From contig JAUCBJ010004820.1 in assembly GCA_032718475.1 (NCBI GenBank), forward strand, positions 1-43,929: a stretch of 43,929 nucleotides of DNA, in the 5' to 3' direction. Positions 11,165 through 23,475 of this stretch are shown here, in pieces (position 1 is the first letter of the stretch; each line of letters starts with the position of its first letter). The stretch comes from Nemertoderma westbladi. Taxonomy: Eukaryota; Animalia; Xenacoelomorpha. A program made the translations under genes and the position numbers. The notes below the pieces were generated by a model, which made no database searches, had not been told where the DNA came from, and was given only the letters and a program-made list of their open reading frames with translations.

Positions 11165-12418
11165 CCATCACAAAGAGAACCTACAAGAACTAGTTGTCCA
11201 CACAAACACCGAACTAGAGAATCTGACTAAGTGGTTTCAAGTAAACAGGTTATCACTAAATATTAAAAAAACAAATTTCATTATTTTTCACACACACAAC
11301 AGACGGTTCAATACAAACAGGCATATCAACATAACTATGAACAAGTCACCCATTGAACAACGAACAGTCATAAAATTCCTGGGGAGTTCTAATTGACCAA
11401 CACCTCACCTGGAAATACCATTACGAACATATACGTCACAAACTAAGTCGAAACAGCGGCATACTTAAGAGAATAAAATGCTTTCTTAGACCCTAAACGG
11501 CAGCTACACTATACAACACAATGATCAACCCATACCTAAACTACTGTAATGTCGTCTGGGCTGGTGCATCCTACAACCGCACAGGCACTGACACCGACAC
11601 CGACACCGACCAACAGAATAGAACGAAACACTCACACAAACGCAGACAAAAACAACGCAAACCTACACACAAACCAACAACATCATACAGAACGATCCAC
11701 CATTTACAACAAAAAGCCCAAAACCTAGTATTAAAGACAGGTCACTCCAATTTTAATGCACTAACAATTATTGAAATTTATATTAAACAGGTTATTAACC
11801 GTATTATTCCCGTATTATTTCGTCATTTTTGACTCCATGGGTCTTCTAGTGTTAAACATACAAGAAAACGTTTTGTACCTACACTTAAAACTCAATTGCC
11901 TTTAATAAATTTAAGTCAATTATTTCCAAAGTTTTATTCACTACAGTCCATCTCGACAATTTTGTAATGTTAGGTACAAGGTACATATTGCTTATGTACT
12001 GTACCGACAGATGGCACTACTAAAATATGTTGGGTGCATACTGACAAACTCATCTTGCTTTATTTAACACCAGAATTTATACTGAGAAAAAAGAACCAAA
12101 AAGGAAAGAAAGGTATGAAAAGCACATTTTATAAAAATGACACCTTGGCTATACCCCTCTCCCCCCTGATGACACTTTAATGACACCCCTCATTGACCCC
12201 TCCCTCCCCCCTCGGTGCGTCAGCTGATTTGTGAACGGCCCCTCACACGTAACGTGACTAATAACCACTGTACTATACCGAGAACACGATTACATCTTGC
12301 TAGACAGTCAATCTGGTTCAGAGCCCCGGAAGTGTGGAACTCACTCCCCACATTCTGTACGCAAGGCACAAACTTTAAAATCATTAAATTCAAACCTAAG
12401 AACGTTTTCAATGTTTAA
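11165..12418 (+). mobile_element. CR1/L2-group LINE remnant (RT C-terminal region), interrupted at ~11770-12230
   Basis: Translations ELENLTKWFQVNRLSLNIKKTNFIIF, IKFLG, DQHLTWKYH, PYLNYCNVVW and SIWFRAPEVWNSLP. Confidence 0.8.
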
Positions 12419-12463
12419 CCCGGTGATCTTATACAGTTGGGGGGGGGGGGGGGGGGGGCACAT

Positions 12464-12765
12464 ACACAAGAATGCTATGCTGGGTTCATTGTGTCTAAAC
12501 ACAATGCACACATCGCCAACCACATCCTATACAGCGAAAGCTATGTCCTGTGAAGCATTGACAAGCTTGGAAGGACCAATGAGACACCTCCAATGTTATA
12601 TAGTGTCTGGTTGGAGATGTGTACATTGTACTTGACACAATGAACCCGGCGTAGCATTCTTGTGAATGTGCCATCCAGAGATTTGATGTCCTCTGCGGTA
12701 GAGCACAGTATAGACTCCCATAGAGGAGTACTGCTGCTCTAAATAATTGGATCTTAAGTTTCCGA
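12464..12765. mobile_element. Family B LINE fragments in inverted arrangement (forward ~12464-12530, reverse ~12530-12765)
   Basis: Match ~39129-39195 forward and ~39020-39280 reverse complement. Confidence 0.75.
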
Positions 12766-12882
12766 CGTATGCTGTCGTATGTTTTTTTGCGTTCAGTCCC
12801 CCTCCCCCTATCTGCACCCTGGAGGACTCACGATAAAACTTAAAATGAATCTTTGTCACCTTCAAAGGTAGACACAAACGTT

Positions 12883-15800
12883 AGAGAAGACAGAGAAGAA
12901 AGAAGAACCAACCTGTTGAAATGTAAAAAGACACTAAAGATTGCTGCAATGAACGCATGCACGCTGAAAGCACATACCAAACAGAGTGACATGGTCGCTC
13001 TGGCAATGGAATATAACATCGACATGATCTGCATCCAAGAAGATTGGATTTGTCATGAAGACACTACCATGAAATATAATGATATTGGAAATGGATGGAT
13101 GTTAGTAACAAGCTCAGCAGTAAGAAACTCAGCCAATGCATCAATTGGTGGAGTAGGAATTCTGCTAAGCCCATTTGCACTTAGACCCTAAACAACATCG
13201 AATCTATAAATTCCAGGGTTATGATCGCAACATTTGATGGGAATCCCAAGGCAACAGAAATATGTTGCTACAGTCCAACCAATGCAATGCCTCAGAGCCA
13301 GAACAAGCAGTCAAGTTTTATGAAGAACTGACTGGACTTATAAAGGACATTCCGAAACACAATGTTAAAGTCATTGCTGGTCACCTGAATGCGCAAATTG
13401 GCCCAGAAGACATCAAGGGTTACACCTATAACACCAGTTCTAACAGAAATGGGTACTTACTTTTAGACCTAATGGAAGAATGTGAATTGATACCAACAAA
13501 CAACACATTCGAAAGGAGTAAGGGGAAGCTATGGACCTTTCAATACCCTAATGGAACCAAAGCACAATCGGATTACATACTTATAAACAAAAAGTGGAGA
13601 AACAGCATGATCAACTGCGAGGCATACAGCTCTTTCAACCTAATTGGTTTGGACCACAGAATTGTGACTGCAGAGATCAGACTCAGTTTGAGAGCCAGCA
13701 AACACAGGACAAGCAAGCAAATCAACTATGTCTGGGAGAAACTCAGAACTGACAATGCTGTAAAGGATGCTTACGCAGTAGAAGTTCAAAACCGCTTTGA
13801 AGCACTTCAGTCAATGGATGAAGACCAATCCACCAATTCAATATACCAGAATAACAGCCCACAAGGAATCAGCTAAGAGGCATATCCCCCAGAAACCCAA
13901 ACGAAAACAGTATGTGCCATGGCAAAACTCTGAGGTTACTTGTAAGAGAGAAGACTTGAAAGATAGCCTACAAAGTTAAAACCGAACAACCAACAACCGA
14001 AAACATTAACAAGGTTGAGAAAGCTAAGGACGATCTTAAATATAGCCTACAAAGTTAAAACCGAACAACCAACAACCGAAAACATTAACAAGGTTGAGAA
14101 AGCTAAGGACGATCTTAAATTGCCCTATAACATCAGCCAGGAAAAGTACATACAGGATAGAACTGAAGCAATTACAACTGCTCACATACAGCAACAATCA
14201 AGACTTACCTGGCAAATTGTAAATGAGGTATCTGGTCGGAAAAGTTGTGCAAAGGGGCGCCTCAAAGCTGATAGTCCTGAAGAACGTGTTGGGAAGTGGA
14301 AAAATCACTTCAGCAACTTGCTTGGGCAGCCACCAAACATCGAGGTCAGCCCTACAAGGAAAATATATGACAAGAGACTACCTATAGAAACAGGGGACTT
14401 CACACTTGCCGAACTCCAAAGAAGCATTAAAAGCATGTCCAATAATAAAGCGAGTGGATTAGATGAAATCCTAGCGGAGGTATGGAAAACCGGAGTGCTA
14501 AACAGACCATTATTGAATGTTTGCAACCGGATGTTAAAAGGGGAAAAGCCTCCACCAATTTGGACTAAAGGTCAACTAAAGCATCTCCCCAAGAAAGGAG
14601 ACCTCGGCATACCAACAAACTATCGTGGGATCTGTCTGCTTGTGGTAGATGCCAAAATATACAATAAAATGATTCTATATATGTAGGATTAGGCCTCACA
14701 TAGAGAAACTACTGCGTAAGAGCCAAAACGGATTTCGACCAAGTAGATCAACAATAGCTCAGATACTTGCACTACGGAGACTGATTGAAGAAATTAAGTC
14801 AAAGAATCTCCCCACAGTTATGACTTTTGTGGACTTCAAGAACGCATTCGACTCCATCCATAGAGTTAAAATGCTTGAAATCCTAAGAGCTTATGGAATA
14901 CCAGAAGTAATTGTTGCTGGCATTGGATTGTTATATTGGTGACACAGAAGCGCAGGTACTCTCACCAGATGGTGAAACTGAGTTTTTCTCAATCCTGGCT
15001 GGCGTACTGCAAGGTGACACATTAGCACCATTACTATTTGTAATTGTGCTGGATTACGCAATGAGTACGGCCACAAAGGGTGAAGATCTGGGATTCACAC
15101 TTCAAGATCGCAGAAGTAGTAGATATCCGGCAACTACAGTTACAGACACCGACTTTGCGGATGACATCGCCCTGCTCTCTAATACGCTAGCAGATGCACT
15201 GCTTCTACTAAATAAAGTGGAGAGGGCTGCTAAGGAGGTTGGATTGCATATCAATGCTACAAAGACCGAATTCATGACCTTTAATGTTGATGGAAACTTG
15301 ACAACCATTGATAATAATCAACTAAGGAAGGTCAATGACTTCCAGTACCTTGGATCATGGATAGAGAGTAGCAAAAAGGACATAGAAGTTAGGAAAGCAA
15401 AGGCTTGGGTAGCTCTATCAAAAATGGATACCATCTGGAAATCAGATCTCTCCAGGCACCTGAAGACTAAGTTTTTTCGAGCCACAGTGGAAAGTGTATT
15501 TTTATACGTGGGTGAGACCTGGACACTCACTAAATCACTTGAACAACGAATTGATGGTTGCTACACAAGACTACTAAGGGCAGCCCTAAACATCAGCTGG
15601 AGACAACGCATGACAAACGCCGAGCTTTATGGTACAATACCACCTGAATCAAACACCCTCCGTGAACGCAGATTAAGATTCAGTGGGCACTGCTGGCGAA
15701 GTAAAGACGAGGTCATACCAGATCTACTTCTCTGGTAACCAACTCATGGAAAGCGTCGCCGTGGACGACCGGCCATAACATATATAGATCAACTTGAAAG

Positions 15801-15906
15801 GGATACTGAATTTGGGAGAAACGAAATTGGGACAACTATGGAGAATCAGGAAGCCTGGAAGGATCTAATTTCCACTGTCTGACTTCGCTCGACCTAGTAG
15901 TAGTAG
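12883..15906 (+). mobile_element. RTE-like non-LTR retrotransposon, family A, near-complete APE-RT coding region, decayed
   Basis: APE motifs (LKIAAMN, ICIQE, GGVGILL, DYIL, DH), RT QGDTLAP/DFADD, (TAG)n tail, 30-bp TSD at 12853-12882 and 15907-15936 (28/30); several stops and frameshifts. Confidence 0.95.
13963..14120 (+). repeat. 79-bp tandem duplication inside the LINE
   Basis: atagcctacaaagtt...gatcttaaat twice; single copy in the 823-3097 element. Confidence 0.9.
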
Positions 15907-16094
15907 TTGTCACCTTCAATGGTAGACACATACGTTGTCGAACCATCGTATAGTGAGGATTTCTATAGTCAGGAATCCCATTAGAGAAGGTATGCTGAAC
16001 ATAAGTGAGCATAGTACACCATAGGGCAAGGAGAGTAGGAATAGTGAACCTAGGCAATAGAGAGTAAGTATGTTGTGCTGTTTTGAGGTAACAA

Positions 16095-16100
16095 TTTATT
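16095..16100 (-). promoter_or_regulatory. Candidate polyadenylation signal of the multi-CSD gene
   Basis: AATAAA on the minus strand ~120 nt after the stop codon. Confidence 0.45.
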
Positions 16101-16219
16101 GACGTATAACAACTAAGGTATTACAAAGAACATGGAACAAACTCAATTTAACATTATTTTCCATTAAGAAAATTTACATTACTCATGTGCACGTATCGTA
16201 TATGACTCTCCTTTTCCAT

Positions 16220-18364
16220 TTAAATTACCCGCACCCATGTTGCTATCCTTTGTTTTTTTATTTCATCAAATCGGAACCGAAATTGAACGGTTTTCCTTCC
16301 TAACGTTCTCTCTTCATTCTTAATTTTTTCAGACATTTCACGACTAACTAATATTCTGTAACATCCACACAGTTCCTTCTCATCAATTTTCGGAATTATA
16401 GATCCATATTGATATTGTGCTTCATAATTGAATAAGGTTCTACTGTATATGCCAGTATATATTCTTTCCTCATGCAAGGTATGGGCATCTTCAATATTGT
16501 GTGGTTTGTTTTCTTCAATAACAGTTGCGTTCCTGTTTATCATCCTTGCGGCCCTGCATTTAAAGTCTCCCTCCACAGTAACCACTAAGGCTTCTGCTTC
16601 TCTGATCTGTAAATAATAAGCATGGATCTGGAATCTAACGAAATCATCATTTTTCAGCTTCTTTTCGTGTCCATTAATGTGTACGTTAGAAGGCATAGTA
16701 AAGAAAGAATAACAATTGCATAATGGCAATTCGCTTATTATCGGTACAGTAAACCAATAACTATTATTCGAAACTAATTGCACTTGTCCTGTGTGTGTTT
16801 TACCATGCTCTAGCATATCATACTTATCCATTTGCACACGTTTGCTTTCTCCATCTTGGTTAAGGTTAATTTTTTTAGCTGCCTCACATGAATCATCATC
16901 CTCTATTGTAACATATGTGGCATGCCGATAACCATTTGGATTATTATAGTTATATTGGAATAGAAGCTTTCTTTCTTGAATAGACTGGATCTGGCGTCTC
17001 TTAGTAACATGGATGTTACTTTCACAAAAGGATATCTTGTGGCAATGACAAAGTTCCATATTTTTTCTTTTATCGAATGGAACTATATACCCATGTTTAT
17101 ATTCATAACTATAGTATGTACAACGGCCGGTATAAGTTATGGTCTCCTCTATGTTTGGAAGTTTATATCTATTTGAGCCGCAATCATTACATCCTGGAAC
17201 ACTAACCCATGTTGCTCCATAAACATTTATATCATTTCCATATTTTCTAATTTCGCATTGAAATATAACAGCGTCACCCTCCTTCAGAATCTTCTTGTAT
17301 CCATCAATATGAACTTTTGACTGAAGAAAACTCACAGCTATCTTACCGATATCCGGTTCTATGTAACCATGTTGTTCGTCAACATTAAAATAATTACACC
17401 GTCCATGGTATGTTTTGTTCACTTCCAATATGTCTCTCTGTGGTGGATACCACTGCCTTAGCGGACCTTCTGTTTGTGTAATAAGAGCATTTGGGTGTGT
17501 TTGGGTGGGGGTTTGAAGCAGTCCCGGTTGGAGAGTGTTAGGGTATATTGGCAACAAGACTCTCGGTTGCATATGGAGAGTTGGAAAACCCTCTGGTTGC
17601 TTATATGATGTTAGAAACCATCCTGGTCGCAAAATGGGAGATAGAAGTCCTTCTGTTTGCACAGAGGTAGTTGAAATCTCCTCCAGTTGCCTAACGGGAC
17701 GTCGGGGCTGTCCAGATATGCATATATGCTCTTGGAAGCCATCCTGGTTGGAAAGGGGGAGATATAATCCCTCCTGGTTGCATATAGGTAGTTGGAAGCT
17801 CCCCCCGTTGCATAACTGGAGTTGGGGCTCATGAGATTGCATGAGAGGAGTTGGAGGCTCTCGTGGTTGAATAACTGGTGTTTGAAGCCATCCCGATTGC
17901 ATGAGGGGAGATATAAGCCCTCCTGGAAGTATAAGGGGAGTGAGTGGCTCTTGCGCTCTTGGTTGCATATATGGGGTTGGGAGCCTTCCTTGTGGCATGG
18001 TGGGAGATAGAAGCCCTTCTGGTTGTATATAGGTAGTTGGACGCTCTTCCGGTTGCATAGCGAGTGTTGGAAGCCATCCTGATTGTATGAGGGGAGTTGG
18101 AGGCTCTCGTGGTTGTATAAGGGGAACTGGTGGCCCTCGCTCTCTTGGTTGCATATATGGGGTTGTTAGCCCTGCTGGTTGTATATATGTAGTTGGAGGC
18201 TCTGTTGGTTGCATGGGGGGAGTTAGAATCCCTCCTCGTTGCATATAGGGAGTTGGATGCTCTTCCGGTTGCATAGCGGGAGCTGGTGGCTCTCGCTTTC
18301 GCGCTCTTTGTTGCATATATGGGATTGGGGGGCCTCCTGGTTGCAAAAGGGGAATTTGAGGCAC
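16220..18364 (-). CDS. Pro/Gln-rich repeat protein with four tandem cold-shock-domain-like OB folds (start codon uncertain)
   Basis: 714-codon ORF; domain 1 YHGRCNYFNVDEQHGYIEPDIGKIAVSFLQSKVHIDGYKKILKEGDAVIF parallels CspA/CARHSP1-type CSDs; three further related units; N-terminal PTPYMQP-like repeats; in-frame stop at 18431-18433 upstream, first in-frame ATG at ~18317. Confidence 0.85.
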   Translation of the reverse strand: MPQIPLLQPGGPPIPYMQQRARKREPPAPAMQPEEHPTPYMQRGGILTPPMQPTEPPTTYIQPAGLTTPYMQPRERGPPVPLIQPREPPTPLIQSGWLPTLAMQPEERPTTYIQPEGLLSPTMPQGRLPTPYMQPRAQEPLTPLILPGGLISPLMQSGWLQTPVIQPREPPTPLMQSHEPQLQLCNGGSFQLPICNQEGLYLPLSNQDGFQEHICISGQPRRPVRQLEEISTTSVQTEGLLSPILRPGWFLTSYKQPEGFPTLHMQPRVLLPIYPNTLQPGLLQTPTQTHPNALITQTEGPLRQWYPPQRDILEVNKTYHGRCNYFNVDEQHGYIEPDIGKIAVSFLQSKVHIDGYKKILKEGDAVIFQCEIRKYGNDINVYGATWVSVPGCNDCGSNRYKLPNIEETITYTGRCTYYSYEYKHGYIVPFDKRKNMELCHCHKISFCESNIHVTKRRQIQSIQERKLLFQYNYNNPNGYRHATYVTIEDDDSCEAAKKINLNQDGESKRVQMDKYDMLEHGKTHTGQVQLVSNNSYWFTVPIISELPLCNCYSFFTMPSNVHINGHEKKLKNDDFVRFQIHAYYLQIREAEALVVTVEGDFKCRAARMINRNATVIEENKPHNIEDAHTLHEERIYTGIYSRTLFNYEAQYQYGSIIPKIDEKELCGCYRILVSREMSEKIKNEERTLGRKTVQFRFRFDEIKKQRIATWVRVI

Positions 18365-19870
18365 ATATCTTGGTATAATGACAATGTCTGGTAGGTCGTA
18401 GCACTGGCGAGTTAATGTGATTCTGTTTACTTAAAGATGGTGCTCCTTTGCTAAGAACGGTTGACTTTTGACAGCTTCATGGCCGAACCATCAAGCAGAG
18501 CATCTTTAAAGTTTGTGTCAATTTCACAATTCCAGCCAGCTGACTGATTACGAGCAGTAAGTACAGTACTTAGTGAAACATAGTTCTTTAATTAATGTAT
18601 TCCTTATGTTTGAATGTGTTATTTATAATATTTTTACTCAACCATGAAATAGAAACTACCTTTTCTAAGAAAACTAAATGAATTTTAAATAATTTATTAG
18701 TTGCCATAGATATTATCTTGATCAATAATAAAAAATATACACTAGACATATATCATCTCCCTTAATACAAAAACCATTATTTCTAGCAAACGAACCCCCA
18801 CCCCCCTGATATTTTTCAAATTTCAAAATCCACAGTTCCACACCTTATTTTTTACTGCCTGGCCGTAATTTCAATTTTCAAATTATTTATCTACACCAAG
18901 ATGTTAAAGATGCCTATTTAGCAATATGTATCCTTCTCTGTTGGATATATTTTTCGTTATCTGAATGTAATCTAGATATCAATAGAACCGCCTTCATCAT
19001 CAGATTCCGAATCTTAAAACCGTTTTTAAAGGTCACCAAAAATTGCCAAAGATATTAGCAAATACTCAGGTGTAGGCCTATATTTATTTTGCGACGTAGA
19101 TTGGTATAATTCTAAAGTTTTTTGTCTCTATTCCAGAATATGAATTATTATTTAGCTAAGCGTTAAACACTCTCAATCTTGTTTCTTCATTTCGTGTTTT
19201 TAATATTCTGGAATTGAGTAAAAAAAATATTGTAATTAATAACTATTTATTATATTGTGTATAATATAGCACTTAATCTCACGCCGGTCCCGAGTGTTAA
19301 TATCTACACGAACGAGCGGAGCGAGTTAGTGAAATATTGAAACTCGGGACCGAAGTGAGATAAAGGTACATTATACACAATATCATAATACAAACAATCA
19401 CAATACACAATATGTTGTTTTACTGTTAAATTTCTGGATTACTAAACAAGGTGTATAATAGATAATAGAAGCCATTTCTTATATTTGTATGTTTTGTTCA
19501 CGATTCACGAACATTTTCGCTATTATATACCAAATTTCTAGAACTATGTTCTAGATCTCTTAAAAATGTTACAGTAAAAATTTCTGGAAAATTTTTATAT
19601 ACCAGCAAACATGTTCTAGATCAACAATTTAGAAATAACAAAAACTAGCTAATATATTAATTTGAATTTTTTAAAAAAATTTAATATAATTATAAAAATA
19701 ATAGCTAACATGTTGACGTTGACGAACATACTAGCTAGTATAAAAAATACCTTATATTAGGTCATTTTCTATATTAGGTGGCTGCAACAAGAAATAGTTA
19801 ATAATACACTATGTTATTAATAGTAATCAAATCAACTATGACTATAATTATAACAACTAACAACTATATT
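18223..19870. repeat. Segmental duplication copy 2
   Basis: Matches 1-765 plus 3097-3955. Confidence 0.95.
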
Positions 19871-19872
19871 AT

Positions 19873-20183
19873 AACTATGACTTGGAGAAACTCAGAACTG
19901 ACAATGCTGTAAAGGATGCTTACACAGTAGAAGTTCAAAACCGCTTTGAAGCACTTCAGTCAATGGATGAAGACCAGTCTACCGATTCAATATACCAGAA
20001 TATAATAACAGCCCACAAGGAATCAGCTAAGAGGCATATCCCCCGGACACCCAAACGAAAACAGTATGTGCCATGGCAAATAACCGAAAACATTAACAAG
20101 GTTGAGAAAGCTAAGGACGATCTTAAATTGGCCTACAACATCAGCCAGGAAAAGCACATACAGGATAAAATTGAAGCAATTAC
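19873..20183 (+). mobile_element. Internal fragment of RTE-like family A
   Basis: EKLRTDNAVKDAYTVEVQNRFEAL...; matches ~13724-14174 with an internal deletion. Confidence 0.9.
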
Positions 20184-21730
20184 CTCAGCAGTTAGAGCCC
20201 AGCAAGGACTCCCATAGAGGAGTACTGGAACTACTGCTGCTCTAAACAATCGGACCTTAAGTTTCCGATTAATTCTCGGTGACTTCCAAATCCTGGAAAG
20301 CCTATTCAAGGCTGCCCATGCCTTTCCCTTACGTATTCAAAGGTCCTCACCTGACCTCCGGATCCATGATCCCAGGTAACAGAAGTCATCCACATGCTCA
20401 AGCATACCATCTTTTGAGCTTATGCTCATCCGATCAGAGACTTGCTGAGGACTTTCAAAGTTAACTGTCAAAATTTTGGTCTTTCTGGAGTTAATAGTTA
20501 GTTAGTTAGTTATTTTATTGACTAATCCCGGGTGATTGCACAGCATACAGTAATAATATGAACAATTTACAACATACAGACAATAAGACAGAATAATACA
20601 GGCAAAATAGATTAGTCCAATCGATACAATTGACGGTACAAATAACGGAAATAAATAAACGGGAACCAAGAACATAATACAAAGAACAAAATATTAATAT
20701 ACTAGTAATATACTATTAATCGGTGAGCACAATTCAGACAATAAATAAATAATAAAATATGATTGACATACTCAGGCGTCATACATAATTCAAACAAATT
20801 ACAATAAATAATTGACATACTACATACAACGGACTATTCAGACAATCAACGTGCGAGGGATGGATATATTGTAGGATTAGGGTTCTAAATCATCATTGAA
20901 TTTTACTCCGAAGCTATTAAGCAATCGTGAACAAAAGACAAAAGGGATTGAACATCATCCGATTTAAATAAATCAGTAATTGACGAAAACGGTAGGTCCG
21001 TCCGTATATATCTGTTATTTGCGCGTATACTGTCTGTTAGCGCGCAGTGCAGAAGGGCGTGCTCCTCAGTTTGTACAGCATTGCTGCCACAACGGCATAT
21101 GCGTCGCTCTTGTGGAATACGTGACCACCTCCCGGTCTCTATTCGCTGTTTGTGGGCCGATAAACGGCACCGTGTCCACGAGAGACGGTGGACTTCGTTA
21201 TTACTTACTTTTTCGTTTTATATTTTCGTATTTACTTTTAGTTCTGGATTTATAAATAAAAATAAATCAAATAAAAATACCAACACTAGAAGCAGCATGT
21301 TCTAATGAGCTGACGAGCCGTTGGGCTCCCTCTAGTGATTCTGAGAGTACTCTCATGGTCATCAGCAAAGTCTAGATCAGTTAGGTACTTGGCAGGATTT
21401 CCTCGACTTCTGGAGCCATTAGGTGGAGTTATCATCACCCCATCATCATTATGATGATCTAAGGACATGCATAGAACATAGTCAACCAGCAACCACAATT
21501 ATGAACAAGAATGGTGCAAGTGTGTTCCCTGGAGGATGCCCCATAACACTTCACTTCACTTCACGTGTCAGGTGGAGTTATCATCACCCCATCATCATTA
21601 TGATGATCTAAGGACATGCATAGAACATAGTCAACCAGCAACCACAATTATGAACAAGAATGGTGCAAGTGTGTTCCCTGGAGGATGCCCCATAACACTT
21701 CACTTCACTTCACGTGTCACTGTCAAAAGT
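20183..21730 (-). mobile_element. RTE-like family B fragment, interrupted by a ~775-bp insertion (20497-21270) and carrying a 149-bp tandem duplication (21421-21718)
   Basis: Reverse complement matches ~38490-39105; LINE sequence resumes precisely after the insertion. Confidence 0.85.
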
Positions 21731-22659
21731 TGACACAAATTAATTACCACAGTATTAATAGTAACCAAGACAGCGTGAGCGATAAATAAATAGGTGGATT
21801 ACTATGGCTCGTCCATAGACGAGCGTAAGTATTCCAGAAAATTAACAACAAAATATATTCTTATTATTTCTGATAAGAATGCTCTTCGATGCTATAACAA
21901 ACAACACTGCTAAATTTTTATTTTGAAGAAAAGTCCTAATATTATAGCATTTTTTGCTTATCAAACACATTCAATTTTTCTATAAATGGTTTAAGTGGTT
22001 GCAATATCTAAAATATTGACTCTATTAGTGTACACTAGGTAGGTAGTATTGTAATTAATTTTTTCGCTGAAAAGCGTTGTGGGGCGAGCTACGAACGTAA
22101 GAGAGCTTAGCATACAGAGACCTCTATCTTTCAAAATCAATAATATATTGAATTGGGAGGCAAATCTCTTGTGTAGCATTAAATGCTAATGTGTGCTACC
22201 TAATGGACCTCTCGAATTAAATGAAGGGTTTGATAAAACACAACCTATTTAAAGTACATTTCGTGAAAGCAATTATATTTAATTAGTATTTATTCATTCT
22301 TTGTATTTAATATTAATTAACCCTAATCATTATTCTCAACATATTTATATCTGTATATCAGACAGTACCCTAAACAACGACCACCATATATATTTCCCTG
22401 CAGCTACTATGCAAGTTCCGAGCCCGTTAACATTATTTAGGCCATCGTTTAGAATTTGGCAAACTTTGTAATTTAGTTGACTTCAAGATTGGATTGACAG
22501 AAACGCCTGTTGTGCATCGAATCTAATACGTTGATTATTCAGGGTGATACTCGGTACAGTAAGCATATGCTGCTTCATTAGTACTATGGGAGTCATATCG
22601 CTTGGGATAGAACTGCCTCTGACAGCCGAGGACTTTCAGGGTTTGTTAAGGTGCTGTCT

Positions 22660-23400
22660 ATCCCACGTTTAAGGGCACCTGTTTGTGATAAAAATTGAAA
22701 AAAGTCAAAAAGTTATTTAATGATTCTGGATAACAATTTAACTGAAAATGACATTAGCGAGATCCCTTTTTGTTCTCGAGTTATAGCTGTCTGTCTGCCT
22801 GTCAGTCGGTCTGTCTGACAAAATTCAAGAAGCGCACACATTGTACAATTTTCACTGTAGGGTTCTCATGTTTAGTGATCACATTTCTAATATTAGTTTT
22901 ATTGTTTCATGGATTATATAATGTCTGTCTTTCAGCCTGCTAGCATGTCTATCTGTCTCTCAGCCGGTCGGTCTGTTGGGCTGTCTGCCCTTTAGTCAAT
23001 AATTATGAATGAAATATACAACTGAAAATTTTGTTATTGGGGTTTTCTTAGTCTATGATTCCATTTCTGATCTCTGTTTTAACGGATTCTAGATGGTCTA
23101 TCTGGCTGTCAGCTTGTCTGTTATATTTTGACGGACAGATTGACATGTATACAGTCCAACACAAAGCCATAATTTTGAATATTGACATCAGAAATGGAAT
23201 CGCAGACCAGGAAAACCAATTTAATTAAATGTTAGCGAGGTCGTGTTTTTTCATAAATTTTGACCGACAGACACGCAGATTGTCTGAAAAACAGACAGAC
23301 TGACAATCTAGAATTTATCAATAGGATAACACTGTCATCGAAAGGCAATCACCGACCCGGAAAACTCCCAGATCGAAAATTTTAGTTAAGAAGCATTCTT
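22660..23400. mobile_element. Foldback/MITE-like element with mirrored subrepeats
   Basis: Perfect 15-bp IR at 23057-23071/23187-23201; (GTCT)-rich units on the left, (AGAC)-rich units on the right; termini not resolved. Confidence 0.5.
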
Positions 23401-23475
23401 CTTCCTTATTTTTAAATGTAATTTAAAATTACCGGTTAGTCCGTTTAGGTTTAATTAGCACAACTACTCTCTAGA

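Noticed and set aside
17829-18404. 191-aa ATRR-rich ORF overlapping the CSD gene
   Set aside because: Alternative frame kept open by the repeat structure; no independent evidence of coding
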